Source of the DNA: an uncultured Candidatus Saccharibacteria bacterium
GTDB lineage: Bacteria; Patescibacteriota; UBA1384; XYA2-FULL-43-10; 1-14-0-10-43-13
DNA length: 32,000 bases
Assembly: GCA_964543385.1 (NCBI GenBank)
Contig: CAZIYE010000001.1
Location: forward strand, 639,274-671,273
Direction: 5' to 3'
Below, in pieces: positions 24,066 to 32,000 of this stretch. The stretch's first letter is position 1; the number at the start of each line of letters is the position of its first letter. The position numbers and the translations under genes are program-made. The notes beneath the pieces are model-generated. The model was not told where the DNA came from and searched no databases. It saw only the letters and a list, made by a program, of their open reading frames with translations.

Positions 24066-25475
24066 TTATTTATGCACGTAGACTGGTGTGCCAATTTCTG
24101 TCCAATTGAAGATCATCTCTGCAGTTCCTGGGCCTAGACGAATGCAGCCATGTGATACAGTCTGCCCTAAATGTGAGACATCTTCCTTAGTCCCATCTGG
24201 CCACATGACGAGCTCATGGATTCCGATAGGTCCATTAATCTGCTGCCACCACGGCATGTATAAGTGGTATATACTTGACCAAGCCATCGGGATCTTATTT
24301 AGAACTTTGAAATCTCCGGTAGGAGTTGGCATCGATGGTTTGCCGGTGGAAGTTATCAAGCAGTCAATCAGATTGACACCATCGACTCTACAAAATCTTT
24401 GCGTGGATAGATTAATATCTATGTACTTGCCTTCATAGCGTCCAGTTTCAACTCCATTGGTAATATTTACTTTGATCTCTTTTGGTGCCTCTTTAACTAC
24501 TGGTAACTCAATTGCAATTTGTGATTGGGCAAGTAGAGATTTTAGACTGTTTAGTGTGGCATCCTTGTCTAAATAAACCCCTTCTCTGCCTGCCTGCAGT
24601 ACTTCTCCGCTATCTGTGATTTTCCTATCTATCTTTTTCGCCTCAAAGTTTCTAGCAATTTTGTTCATATATGCTTTAGCATTTGTGTCATCTATGCTAG
24701 CGGAAAATTGGCCGCTATTATTGGCAAAAACAATCCAAGCCCCGATCTCTTTTTTATTTGGCTGATAACTCTTGCCTTGGTAGTTGAAGGTGATATTTTT
24801 ATTTAATAAATCTTCAGTTTGTTTCTTGGCGACCGCAAAGTCAGCACTTTTTACCTTTGCCTGGATTAGAGTAGAGCCCAAAATAATCTTTTTATCGCTA
24901 GAAGTCACTAGGCTAACAACTTCTTCGATGAGCTTGCTAGTATCTACAACTTGGCCATCTTTACTTTCGATATATTTAATTTCACCATCAACGATAGCTA
25001 GGCTCGCGTCGATTGGTTCTTGATCTAGCTGTTTAACAGTAATATCTATAAAGCTTTTATATTTAACCTCATTAACATCCGGTCTTCCCTCTATGATAGT
25101 TTTTTTCATTAAAGTTTTGGATGAGTTCTTCAGGTTGTTCCAAAAACCAGCATTTCGGCCGGTATCATAAATACTATTAATTATTTCGTTAGAGTCAAAA
25201 GACAAACCGGTATCCTCGATTTTCGCCTTTAATTCTTTATCTCCAGAAGAAATAATAAATTCCTGTTTTGTTAGTGACTCAAATTCCTTTGCTAGTATTT
25301 TTTCAGCTTGTTTTTTTGTTTTTCCTGAGAGATCTATCGATCCAAAGTGGACATTTTTATAAATCTTTCCTGCATATACCTGTTGGTAGGAAAGCATAAC
25401 AGCTAATACCAAAGCACAGAGTGCAACAATAGTCAGTAAGGACCACTCTAAGATCCCCTTACTCCTTTGAGTCAT
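24066..25475 (-). CDS. L,D-transpeptidase (YkuD) with N-terminal TM and YoaR-like putative peptidoglycan-binding repeats
   Basis: IGIHELVMWPDGT...HTVSHGCIRLGPGTAEMIFNWTEIGTPVYV (HxxxxxxSHGChR catalytic motif). Confidence 0.93.
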   Translation of the reverse strand: MTQRSKGILEWSLLTIVALCALVLAVMLSYQQVYAGKIYKNVHFGSIDLSGKTKKQAEKILAKEFESLTKQEFIISSGDKELKAKIEDTGLSFDSNEIINSIYDTGRNAGFWNNLKNSSKTLMKKTIIEGRPDVNEVKYKSFIDITVKQLDQEPIDASLAIVDGEIKYIESKDGQVVDTSKLIEEVVSLVTSSDKKIILGSTLIQAKVKSADFAVAKKQTEDLLNKNITFNYQGKSYQPNKKEIGAWIVFANNSGQFSASIDDTNAKAYMNKIARNFEAKKIDRKITDSGEVLQAGREGVYLDKDATLNSLKSLLAQSQIAIELPVVKEAPKEIKVNITNGVETGRYEGKYIDINLSTQRFCRVDGVNLIDCLITSTGKPSMPTPTGDFKVLNKIPMAWSSIYHLYMPWWQQINGPIGIHELVMWPDGTKEDVSHLGQTVSHGCIRLGPGTAEMIFNWTEIGTPVYVHK

Positions 25476-25719
25476 TTTTACCCCTCCTAATAAGAACTTG
25501 TTTGTATTTATATATTTTATAAAAAACTCTCACCAAAAGCAATAAAAACATCCATGCTATTTTTTAAATATATTAAAAGTTAACCATTGGCGGGTGACAT
25601 TGAACAGGGATTAGCTGGAAGCAGCATTATAGACCATACGTTAGAAAACAAGGCAAAAAATTTATTAATAGATCAATGATGGGAGCTAGATTATCTCAAG
25701 AGTCCAAATTCTTTTTTCA

Positions 25720-26859
25720 TTAACCAGCCCAGTAGTTATTTACAAAAAGAATTATATTCATGGACAATAATAGCCCTGAGACAAAAATTATTGTTAACTG
25801 TAGATATTGGTTTTTTATAGAAGCTAACAAAATATATATAGGGAATAGAACTAATATATATCTACCAATGCTCATAAATGTTCCGCTGCTTAAAGCAACT
25901 AAAAGCGTCGCCACCATGTATAGCCCATAGGAGGTTCTCAATCTTTTGAAAACAAAATATGTTGTGACAAAAGCAAAAAACACAAACAAAGAATCTATCA
26001 CCAAATTAGATATGGCTGGATTTGTAGTGGATAAAAAATGCTCTCCGTTTATACTAAATGACCTTCCCCACCAGCTTTCTACCTTGAGGAAGAGAAGAAA
26101 ATCTCCGAATTTTATATAATGGTAGACAAAAAATACAAAGGTTCCTAGTGGGATCAAGCATATTGATAATAATCTTTTGTTAAATATGCGTTGGAATTTA
26201 TAGTTTTTATAATATTCCCAAATTAATGGAATAAATAACAGCAAGCCAGTAATTCTGGTTATAGCTGAGAAAAAGCCAAAAATTCCGGCCAAGACGAAGT
26301 TTTTCTTTAATGCATAATAAAATGATGCTATAGAAAGGAATAAAAAGAGAGACTCTGTATAGATGGAATTAAGGAAAAAAGCAGTTGGGAATAGCAGAAG
26401 AAACATAAGCGGCAATTGAGGTTTAACTTCTGCGTGAAACTCCCTAATTAATTTTACAAAGTAAATTAGAGAAAGGAGCAGAAATATCATGCTCACAATC
26501 CATCCAGCAATAACGTAATTTCCTCCGAACACAAAAGATGCTAGTTTTATTAATTGTGGATATAGCGGAAAAAACACTATGTTGGATAATTTTTCTGGGC
26601 CATTAAAGATGTATCCATTTTGGGCAATATCCAAATACCAATAAGAATCCCACCCGGAATGCAAAGAAATTGGACTCCACTGTTGATTCTGAACAGTCTT
26701 TTCTGAATTAATCCAAGGATAGGCGGTATCGCTTTTAAGATTGAATCGATTGAGAGCGATGAGGGCAAAGGTGTTAATAACTATGATCCATATCAAAAAA
26801 ACGATAATGATTTTCTTATGGGTTTGGAAAAATTGACCTATCGCTTTGATGCTCATCAT
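25720..26859 (-). CDS. Multi-TM glycosyltransferase, PIG-V/GT-C-like
   Basis: WDSYWYLDIAQNGY, FFPLYPQLIKL, FPTAFFLNSIYTESLFLFLSIASFY. Confidence 0.85.
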   Translation of the reverse strand: MMSIKAIGQFFQTHKKIIIVFLIWIIVINTFALIALNRFNLKSDTAYPWINSEKTVQNQQWSPISLHSGWDSYWYLDIAQNGYIFNGPEKLSNIVFFPLYPQLIKLASFVFGGNYVIAGWIVSMIFLLLSLIYFVKLIREFHAEVKPQLPLMFLLLFPTAFFLNSIYTESLFLFLSIASFYYALKKNFVLAGIFGFFSAITRITGLLLFIPLIWEYYKNYKFQRIFNKRLLSICLIPLGTFVFFVYHYIKFGDFLLFLKVESWWGRSFSINGEHFLSTTNPAISNLVIDSLFVFFAFVTTYFVFKRLRTSYGLYMVATLLVALSSGTFMSIGRYILVLFPIYILLASIKNQYLQLTIIFVSGLLLSMNIILFVNNYWAG

Positions 26860-26926
26860 ATCTCCATCTTATTACTGTTTAATACTTTGTATTCTCCCAT
26901 TTGCAATTCCAAAATGCAAACAAAAA

Positions 26927-26954
26927 GCCCTCCTTTGTATAAGCCATGGAGGGC
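26927..26954. terminator. Inverted repeat GCCCTCC...GGAGGGC with flanking A/T tracts
   Basis: 7-bp arms plus A/T tracts. Confidence 0.6.
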
Positions 26955-27036
26955 ATCTTTTGTTTATTTCAAAACATTGATTGTGGACGGCGAAAGTGGT
27001 CTGATATCCTTTTAAATATTAATGAGCAATGAATGT

Positions 27037-27112
27037 TGGTGGACCTGGCAGGGATCGAACCTGCGACCAAGCGGTTATGAGCCGCCTGCTCTAACCACTG
27101 AGCTACAGGTCC
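27037..27112 (-). tRNA. tRNA with CAT anticodon (elongator Met or lysidine-type Ile), CCA encoded
   Basis: GGACCTG-TA-GCTC...GAGC-A-GGCGG-CTCATAA-CCGCT-TGGTC-GCAGG-TTCGATC-CCTGC-CAGGTCC-A-CCA, 76 nt. Confidence 0.95.
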
Positions 27113-27182
27113 ACTTTAATAATCTAGCAAAATCAAGGCTTTTTTTCAATGATTATATTATAACACACTTTTTATCACTTAT

Positions 27183-27225
27183 ACTATTGACAAAATGTTG
27201 TATTATTGATATACTTATTTAATTT
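27183..27225 (+). promoter_or_regulatory. Second copy of the promoter cassette (TTGACA 27187-27192, TATACT 27210-27215)
   Basis: 41/43 identical to reverse complement of 23614-23656; drives CAP gene at 27237. Confidence 0.88.
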
Positions 27226-27236
27226 AAAAAAATAGT

Positions 27237-27809
27237 ATGAACAAATCACACAAACCAAAATCAAATATGAAAATAAAAATTCTACTTAGTATCATAGTTT
27301 TGTCCTTTGTTTTTGTCTCTTCGTCTCAAAAAGCTTTAGCTTCTGACATCACTGTCGAGAATGTTACTTATCTTTTAAATAAGGAACGTATTTATCATGG
27401 TCTTTCTCCTCTCAACGTTGATATTGATCTAAATCATGCTGCCAAGAATAAATCGAAAGACATGTTGAATAGAAACTATTTTGAGCATTATGCGTATAAT
27501 CTAACACCTTGGGATTTTATAAATAACTCTGGTTATAAATATCTTTATGCTGGTGAGAATTTAGCTATGGATTTTGAAACTTCTGAGGGTATGGTTGGCG
27601 CTTGGATGAAGTCTCCTTTGCATAGAAAAAATATTCTTAGCGAAGACTTTGAAGATATCGGAATTGGCGTTGTCAAAGGCATCTACGTGGAGAATGGTCA
27701 GGAGAAAGAGACCACAATTGTTTCTAATATGTTTGGCAGAAAAAAGCCTGTCATTGTCGAGATCTTTAATAAAATTATAGATAATATTCAGATTCTATTC
27801 AGCTGGTAA
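27237..27809 (+). CDS. CAP/SCP (PR-1-like) domain secreted protein
   Basis: Signal-peptide-like N-terminus; LLNKERIYHGLSPLNVDIDLNHAAKNKSKDML...FEHYAY...GENLAMDFETSEGMVGAWMKSPLHRKNILSEDFEDIGIG. Confidence 0.93.
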   Translation: MNKSHKPKSNMKIKILLSIIVLSFVFVSSSQKALASDITVENVTYLLNKERIYHGLSPLNVDIDLNHAAKNKSKDMLNRNYFEHYAYNLTPWDFINNSGYKYLYAGENLAMDFETSEGMVGAWMKSPLHRKNILSEDFEDIGIGVVKGIYVENGQEKETTIVSNMFGRKKPVIVEIFNKIIDNIQILFSW

Positions 27810-27857
27810 TAGCTTTTTAGGCAAAATCGTCTTTATGCTCCCTGTGGATAACCACTC

Positions 27858-27886
27858 AATATCCTCTTCCAAAGAGGATATTTTGT
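27858..27886 (+). terminator. Intrinsic terminator AATATCCTCTT-CCA-AAGAGGATATTTTG
   Basis: 11-bp perfect stem and short T tract. Confidence 0.75.
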
Positions 27887-28189
27887 GTTGATTGACACAA
27901 AATTGTCTTTATATATACTTATCAGGCGCAAGCATAGGTAATCTATGGTTAAAGTATGAAAAGATATGACAATCATGGGTTGAAAACCTTGCTAGCATAA
28001 AACAAAATCAAATTTCCTAAGTTTATAATTTGGGAAGCAAAAACAAATAAATTATCTTACTATTAGTTCTTTCTTGCCAGAGGGGCAGCAGGGAATTTTT
28101 CCTGTATTGCGAGAACTGATTCTCATTGCTCTTTTGGAGGGAAAACACCAGTTTATTGCTGGAATTTAAAATTTAGAATGGAGTGGTTT

Positions 28190-30466
28190 ATGAAGAAATT
28201 TTTAAAGAAATCGCTCGTATATCTGATTATGACGATGCTGGTTGTCCCAGCTACTCTCATAACGGGTGCATTGAGCGCTCAAAAAGCAGAAGCAGCTTCC
28301 GCGCCAATAATTAGCGATTACAAGTTGAATGGAATTGCGACACTGACAAGTGCTTATCTTTCGCCAAACGGTGGTGGAACAAATGACGATGCAAAGGTTA
28401 ATCTCAAATTCCGATTCCCGGTTACTAGTTATAAGATAGAGATCCTTACGGAGGTCGGAACTCTTGTAGATGAGATAGGTTCTGGCAATTCGGTCGCTGA
28501 TCCACAAGAGAAAGTATGGTCAGGCAAGGATTCTGAAGGCATTACATATGCCGATGGTAGTTATCGAATCAAGGTATCAGTCTCTTATGTTGAAGATTCT
28601 CAGTTCGAGACAACAATTGATACATCTCGAACTTTAATTGTTGACAATACGAACCCACTTGGCCAAATAGTTTCACCAATAGACGGCCAGTATCTTCGTG
28701 GTAATAATCTGATTTCTGTACAAGCAGGAGACATTACATCGGGAATAAGCAGAGTAGATTTCTATCAAGGGATATCTCCTATTGGCTGGGTAACTGCCCC
28801 TGATGTAACAGGGAAGTATTCCAAAAATTGGTTTACGAATAATACGATGGCCGACGGTGTCTACGAGCTGAGTGCTGTTTTAACTGATGGGGCTGGTAAT
28901 CAGGTCACCACAGAAACAGTGTCAATTAATGTCGATAATACATCACCAGTTATATCATCAATTGATGATATAGTGGCTAGCGAAGAGTTTTCTGTAACAA
29001 TTGAGGCCAGTGATATAAATCCCATAACTTATCATCTGTCTCAGGGTTATGGTCCTGGTAATCTCACATTTATCCAAGATGAAAATAATCCCGCTACATT
29101 TAAAATCAAGGCTAACGTTAATAGCAGCGATTATGGGATATATGCAACTGCTACTGACGCATCAGGCAACTATGCTACAACAAACTTTGGCTTGACCTGG
29201 ACAGCACAGTATAATATCACGGCAGAAAATCCAACTCTTGAAATTGATACAGCTGCCGGCGATGGTGACATCATTGTGGACCCTGCCACGGCAAATCCAG
29301 TTCTTGATCTCCATAATTTTATGGGCACGAGAGTTTTAGAAGATGGTCAAGAAGAAGAGGGCGTTGTTCTCCAAGATTTGACGTTAAAAATAAAATCATT
29401 GGTCAATAATATTCCTGTCACTCTTGAAATGGGTTTTAGATCTCCAGAGACTGATGATTCTCAGGTATTTATTACTGGACCAGAAGGTTGGGACGGAAAA
29501 ATAAATTTGCCAAGGATTACTTCTATAACTGATGCAGAGTTAGCAACCGGTTCTGGTTATTCTGCCTCTGATATATTAGCCATAGAGGTTGGTCTTTTGG
29601 ACGGTGAATTAAAATTCGAAGGTCCTGTTAAATTAACTCTCGGAAACCAAGCTGGTAAAAGAGTTGGCTATATCGGCGATGGAAAATTTATTGAGATTTT
29701 ACAGATATGCGGTTCTAGTGACGAGACGTTACCTTCAGAGAAGTTGTCATGCAAAGAGGTTTCTGACGATGGAAAAGACATAGTAATATGGACAAATCAT
29801 TTTACCAAGTATACTTCTTACTCTCAGATAGTTAAATCTCCAATCATCACTTCTGTGACTGCAGTGGCAAGAGATAATAATAACTATCTAAAGGTAGTAT
29901 GGAGTGGCGCTGCCGCAGATTCTTATGAATTTTATGTGAATGGGATTCTGGTGCAGCCGACCAACCTCTCGTTAAATTCAGCTGATTTAAGAGTTTCCAG
30001 CGACGGTATCTATACAGTAAAAATGAAGGCCAAAATTGCTTTAGATATTTCTGCTTTCTCTAATGAAGTTTCTGCAACTATTCAGGCACCAGTTGTCATT
30101 ACGCCAGCAGTTACTCCTGAAAATACTGTATCTCTAACCCCAGCTCCTGCAAAAGCCAAGGCTGCTGTTCAACCAGCTCCTGCTCCAGAGCAAAAAGTAG
30201 AAACACCAAAGGATGATCAGGGTATAATAAAGGGTGAAGAGAAGAAAGATGATAAAGATGAGACCAATTGGACTCCATGGATAATTCTTTTCATACTAAT
30301 TCTTTTTGCTGGTGCTGCAACAGGCGGTTACTTCTATTGGTTTGCTGGTAAAGAAGATGATAGAGAAGGGGAGAATAAGCCTTCTAAAACAGAAAATAAA
30401 TCAGATACAAAAGTAACTGTAAAAACTAAAACTTCAGTATCCAAGAAAAAATCGAAAAGGTGGTAG
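28190..30466 (+). CDS. Large surface protein: signal peptide, FlgD-like/Big Ig-like domains, Thr/Pro-rich stalk, C-terminal TM and Lys-rich tail
   Basis: MKKFLKKSLVYLIMTMLVVPATLITGALSAQKAEAA; SPIDGQYLRGNNLISVQAGDITSGISRVDFYQG; C-term WTPWIILFILILFAGAATGGYFYWFAG...KKKSKRW. ATG 28190 preferred to 28178 (GGAG precedes it). Confidence 0.85.
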   Translation: MKKFLKKSLVYLIMTMLVVPATLITGALSAQKAEAASAPIISDYKLNGIATLTSAYLSPNGGGTNDDAKVNLKFRFPVTSYKIEILTEVGTLVDEIGSGNSVADPQEKVWSGKDSEGITYADGSYRIKVSVSYVEDSQFETTIDTSRTLIVDNTNPLGQIVSPIDGQYLRGNNLISVQAGDITSGISRVDFYQGISPIGWVTAPDVTGKYSKNWFTNNTMADGVYELSAVLTDGAGNQVTTETVSINVDNTSPVISSIDDIVASEEFSVTIEASDINPITYHLSQGYGPGNLTFIQDENNPATFKIKANVNSSDYGIYATATDASGNYATTNFGLTWTAQYNITAENPTLEIDTAAGDGDIIVDPATANPVLDLHNFMGTRVLEDGQEEEGVVLQDLTLKIKSLVNNIPVTLEMGFRSPETDDSQVFITGPEGWDGKINLPRITSITDAELATGSGYSASDILAIEVGLLDGELKFEGPVKLTLGNQAGKRVGYIGDGKFIEILQICGSSDETLPSEKLSCKEVSDDGKDIVIWTNHFTKYTSYSQIVKSPIITSVTAVARDNNNYLKVVWSGAAADSYEFYVNGILVQPTNLSLNSADLRVSSDGIYTVKMKAKIALDISAFSNEVSATIQAPVVITPAVTPENTVSLTPAPAKAKAAVQPAPAPEQKVETPKDDQGIIKGEEKKDDKDETNWTPWIILFILILFAGAATGGYFYWFAGKEDDREGENKPSKTENKSDTKVTVKTKTSVSKKKSKRW

Positions 30467-30492
30467 ATACTAAGGTGAAATAAGCGTGAAAG

Positions 30493-30525
30493 AAAGATCC
30501 CCCTGAGATTATCAGGGGGATCTTT
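30493..30525 (+). terminator. Strong terminator AAAGATCCCCCTGA-GATTA-TCAGGGGGATCTTT
   Basis: 14-bp perfect stem. Confidence 0.88.
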
Positions 30526-30574
30526 GGTAGAAGGCCTACACTAAATATCATTTTTGCCATATAATTAAGACGTA

Positions 30575-30976
30575 ATGAAAAATTGGTTTCAGAAAATCAT
30601 CTCGTTTATTGAGAAATTTATTCCTATGACTTTTGGAAGTCTTATTTTGTTTGCGTTTATAATTTATCTTTCTATCGTTGTGGGCAAATCTGTTATCTCA
30701 AACTATGAATCCAATAAAAGCATTGAGAAGGAAGAGATAAAACTAGTTGAGCTCGAAGCCAGGCTTCACAATATTCAAAATGAAATAAACTATTATCAAA
30801 CTTATTCTTTTAAAGAAAAAGAGGCCAGGGCCAAGCTCGGCTATAAAGCTCCTGGCGAAAATGTATTGAGTTTGACTATAGATACAGAAGAGGAAAAGGT
30901 GGCCGATACTAGTTTAGTAGAAACCAAGATTAAGGTTTCTAATTTCCATCTATGGTGGCAATATTTTTTTCGATAG
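30575..30976 (+). CDS. Septum formation initiator (DivIC/FtsB-like) protein
   Basis: One TM then coiled coil 'EIKLVELEARLHNIQNEINYYQTYSFKEKEARAKLGYKAPGENVLSL'. Confidence 0.85.
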   Translation: MKNWFQKIISFIEKFIPMTFGSLILFAFIIYLSIVVGKSVISNYESNKSIEKEEIKLVELEARLHNIQNEINYYQTYSFKEKEARAKLGYKAPGENVLSLTIDTEEEKVADTSLVETKIKVSNFHLWWQYFFR

Positions 30977-31025
30977 TTTATAATATAACCAAATTACTTT
31001 TATTGTAGATCTTTCAAGGAGGGGA

Positions 31026-31817
31026 ATGGTTCAGAGAAAGAATAAGAAATCTAAAACTAATATTTTTAAGCCGGTGGCTTTGATTATACTTCTATCGGCT
31101 ATTTTTGTTGTGGTTTTGATCGCTTTCCCCAAATTTTCCGCTGATGCCAATTCCAGTAATCCCTTAAAAGATTCTAAGCTAAATATCATTGTCCAGAATC
31201 CCTACGGGGAACCCGTGCCTACTGAATTTCCTAATGGCAGGGATTTTATCGAAGTTACTTTGAGCGCCAGTAAAAAGGATGGTTCGGCGCTCATTGATAT
31301 TCCAATTATAATTGATAAATCAAGTGCTGTTAAAGTAACTGGTCCATCAACAACCGAAGACGGCCAAATACAGCTCAGATTCACTTCGAATAAAGCTATA
31401 AATGACAAAATTCAAATTAAACTTAAAGATTGTACTACCGTGAAGGTGGGATTTAAAATTAAATTTTCCTCCGATACTTCCATGAAGGACCTAAGCGACA
31501 AAAATGGTTTTGTGACTAACGCCCCGTTGAATCTTATGGTCCAAATAAAGCCACGTATGACTAGTCACATAGCATCAGCACAGGCTAGATATATCTACAC
31601 TCGAAGAATCAATAAATGGGGTTTCTGGGTTAAGGTTAGGAGAGTAGTCACTGAGCAGATGGAGTGTAGCGATGGGACCTGCCAGGTAGTTATGGGAGGA
31701 GACATAACCTCCAAAGATAGAAATCAGAGTGGTTCATTCATTTATAGCTTTACCTTTACTGACGAAAACGGAAAAGTTTTTTCTAAATCATTTAAGGGGC
31801 AATTGCGAAATCCTTAA
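31026..31817 (+). CDS. Hypothetical membrane-anchored exoprotein (263 aa)
   Basis: SD ggagggg before ATG; TM ALIILLSAIFVVVLIAF; beta-rich extracellular part. Confidence 0.75.
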   Translation: MVQRKNKKSKTNIFKPVALIILLSAIFVVVLIAFPKFSADANSSNPLKDSKLNIIVQNPYGEPVPTEFPNGRDFIEVTLSASKKDGSALIDIPIIIDKSSAVKVTGPSTTEDGQIQLRFTSNKAINDKIQIKLKDCTTVKVGFKIKFSSDTSMKDLSDKNGFVTNAPLNLMVQIKPRMTSHIASAQARYIYTRRINKWGFWVKVRRVVTEQMECSDGTCQVVMGGDITSKDRNQSGSFIYSFTFTDENGKVFSKSFKGQLRNP

Positions 31818-31874
31818 TTCTCTCGATGACCTTGAATTTATTTGGTAAATCATGTACTATATAAACTTGAATGA

Positions 31875-31951
31875 TGCGGGGTGGAGCAGCCTGGTAGCTC
31901 GCGTGGCTCATAACCATGAGGTCGTTGGTTCAAATCCAACCCCCGCTACCA
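31875..31951 (+). tRNA. Initiator tRNA-Met (CAT), CCA encoded
   Basis: TGCGGGG-TG-GAGC-AGCCTGGTA-GCTC-G-CGTGG-CTCATAA-CCATG-AGGTC-GTTGG-TTCAAAT-CCAAC-CCCCGCT-ACCA; unpaired 1:72 position (T:T) as in bacterial initiators, sequence closely resembles tRNA-fMet. Confidence 0.93.
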
Positions 31952-32000
31952 AAAAATTTGAATCATGAGTCATGAATTGGGAATTGTGGGCGTTAGTTTT

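Noticed and set aside
27022-27222. ORF track entry of 66 aa (MSNECWWTWQGSNLRPSGYEPP...)
   Set aside because: It is the antisense translation of the tRNA at 27037-27112, a classic artefact, and its tail runs through the promoter cassette.
27037-31951. Idea that both CAT tRNAs are duplicates
   Set aside because: Sequences differ throughout; the 31875 copy has the unpaired 1:72 initiator feature, while the 27037 copy is an ordinary elongator-type (Met or lysidine Ile).

Overview
A 32 kb chromosomal segment of a low-GC bacterium. Gene content (many small membrane-anchored lipid-free exoproteins, class III RNR, GIY-YIG mini-ORF next to a tRNA, many ORFans) is reminiscent of Patescibacteria/CPR, but no marker gene here allows a firm assignment. 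I find no rRNA, CRISPR array, transposase, phage module or recognised defence operon. Supported content: C-terminal part of a copper P-type ATPase, cold-shock protein, two NUDIX hydrolases, GIY-YIG nuclease, ArsR regulator + glutamate dehydrogenase operon, tandem PsbP-like exoproteins, Cys-rich copper-storage-like protein, fasciclin protein, DUF456 protein, an unusual guanylate kinase/TM/HExxH metallopeptidase/Ig fusion, nrdD-nrdG with NrdR-box-like sites, permease, HD hydrolase with an apparent in-frame nonsense codon, YdjM-like hydrolase, ZIP transporter, RRM protein, a CsoR-family regulator lacking metal ligands, ferredoxin, YkuD L,D-transpeptidase, PIG-V-like glycosyltransferase, CAP protein, a large Ig-like surface protein, DivIC-like protein and three tRNAs (Asn, Met-type CAT, initiator Met). 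The best 'second look' items are the Gmk-metallopeptidase fusion, the Cys/His-free CsoR homologue with its own operator-like repeat, the ArsR-operator/gdhA unit with a divergent 31-aa ORF, a three-copy palindromic intergenic element with tRNA T-arm-like boxes, a duplicated 43-bp promoter cassette, and a tRNA-Asn 5'-end fragment duplicated across a GIY-YIG gene. All family names come from motif recognition by eye; nothing was searched.
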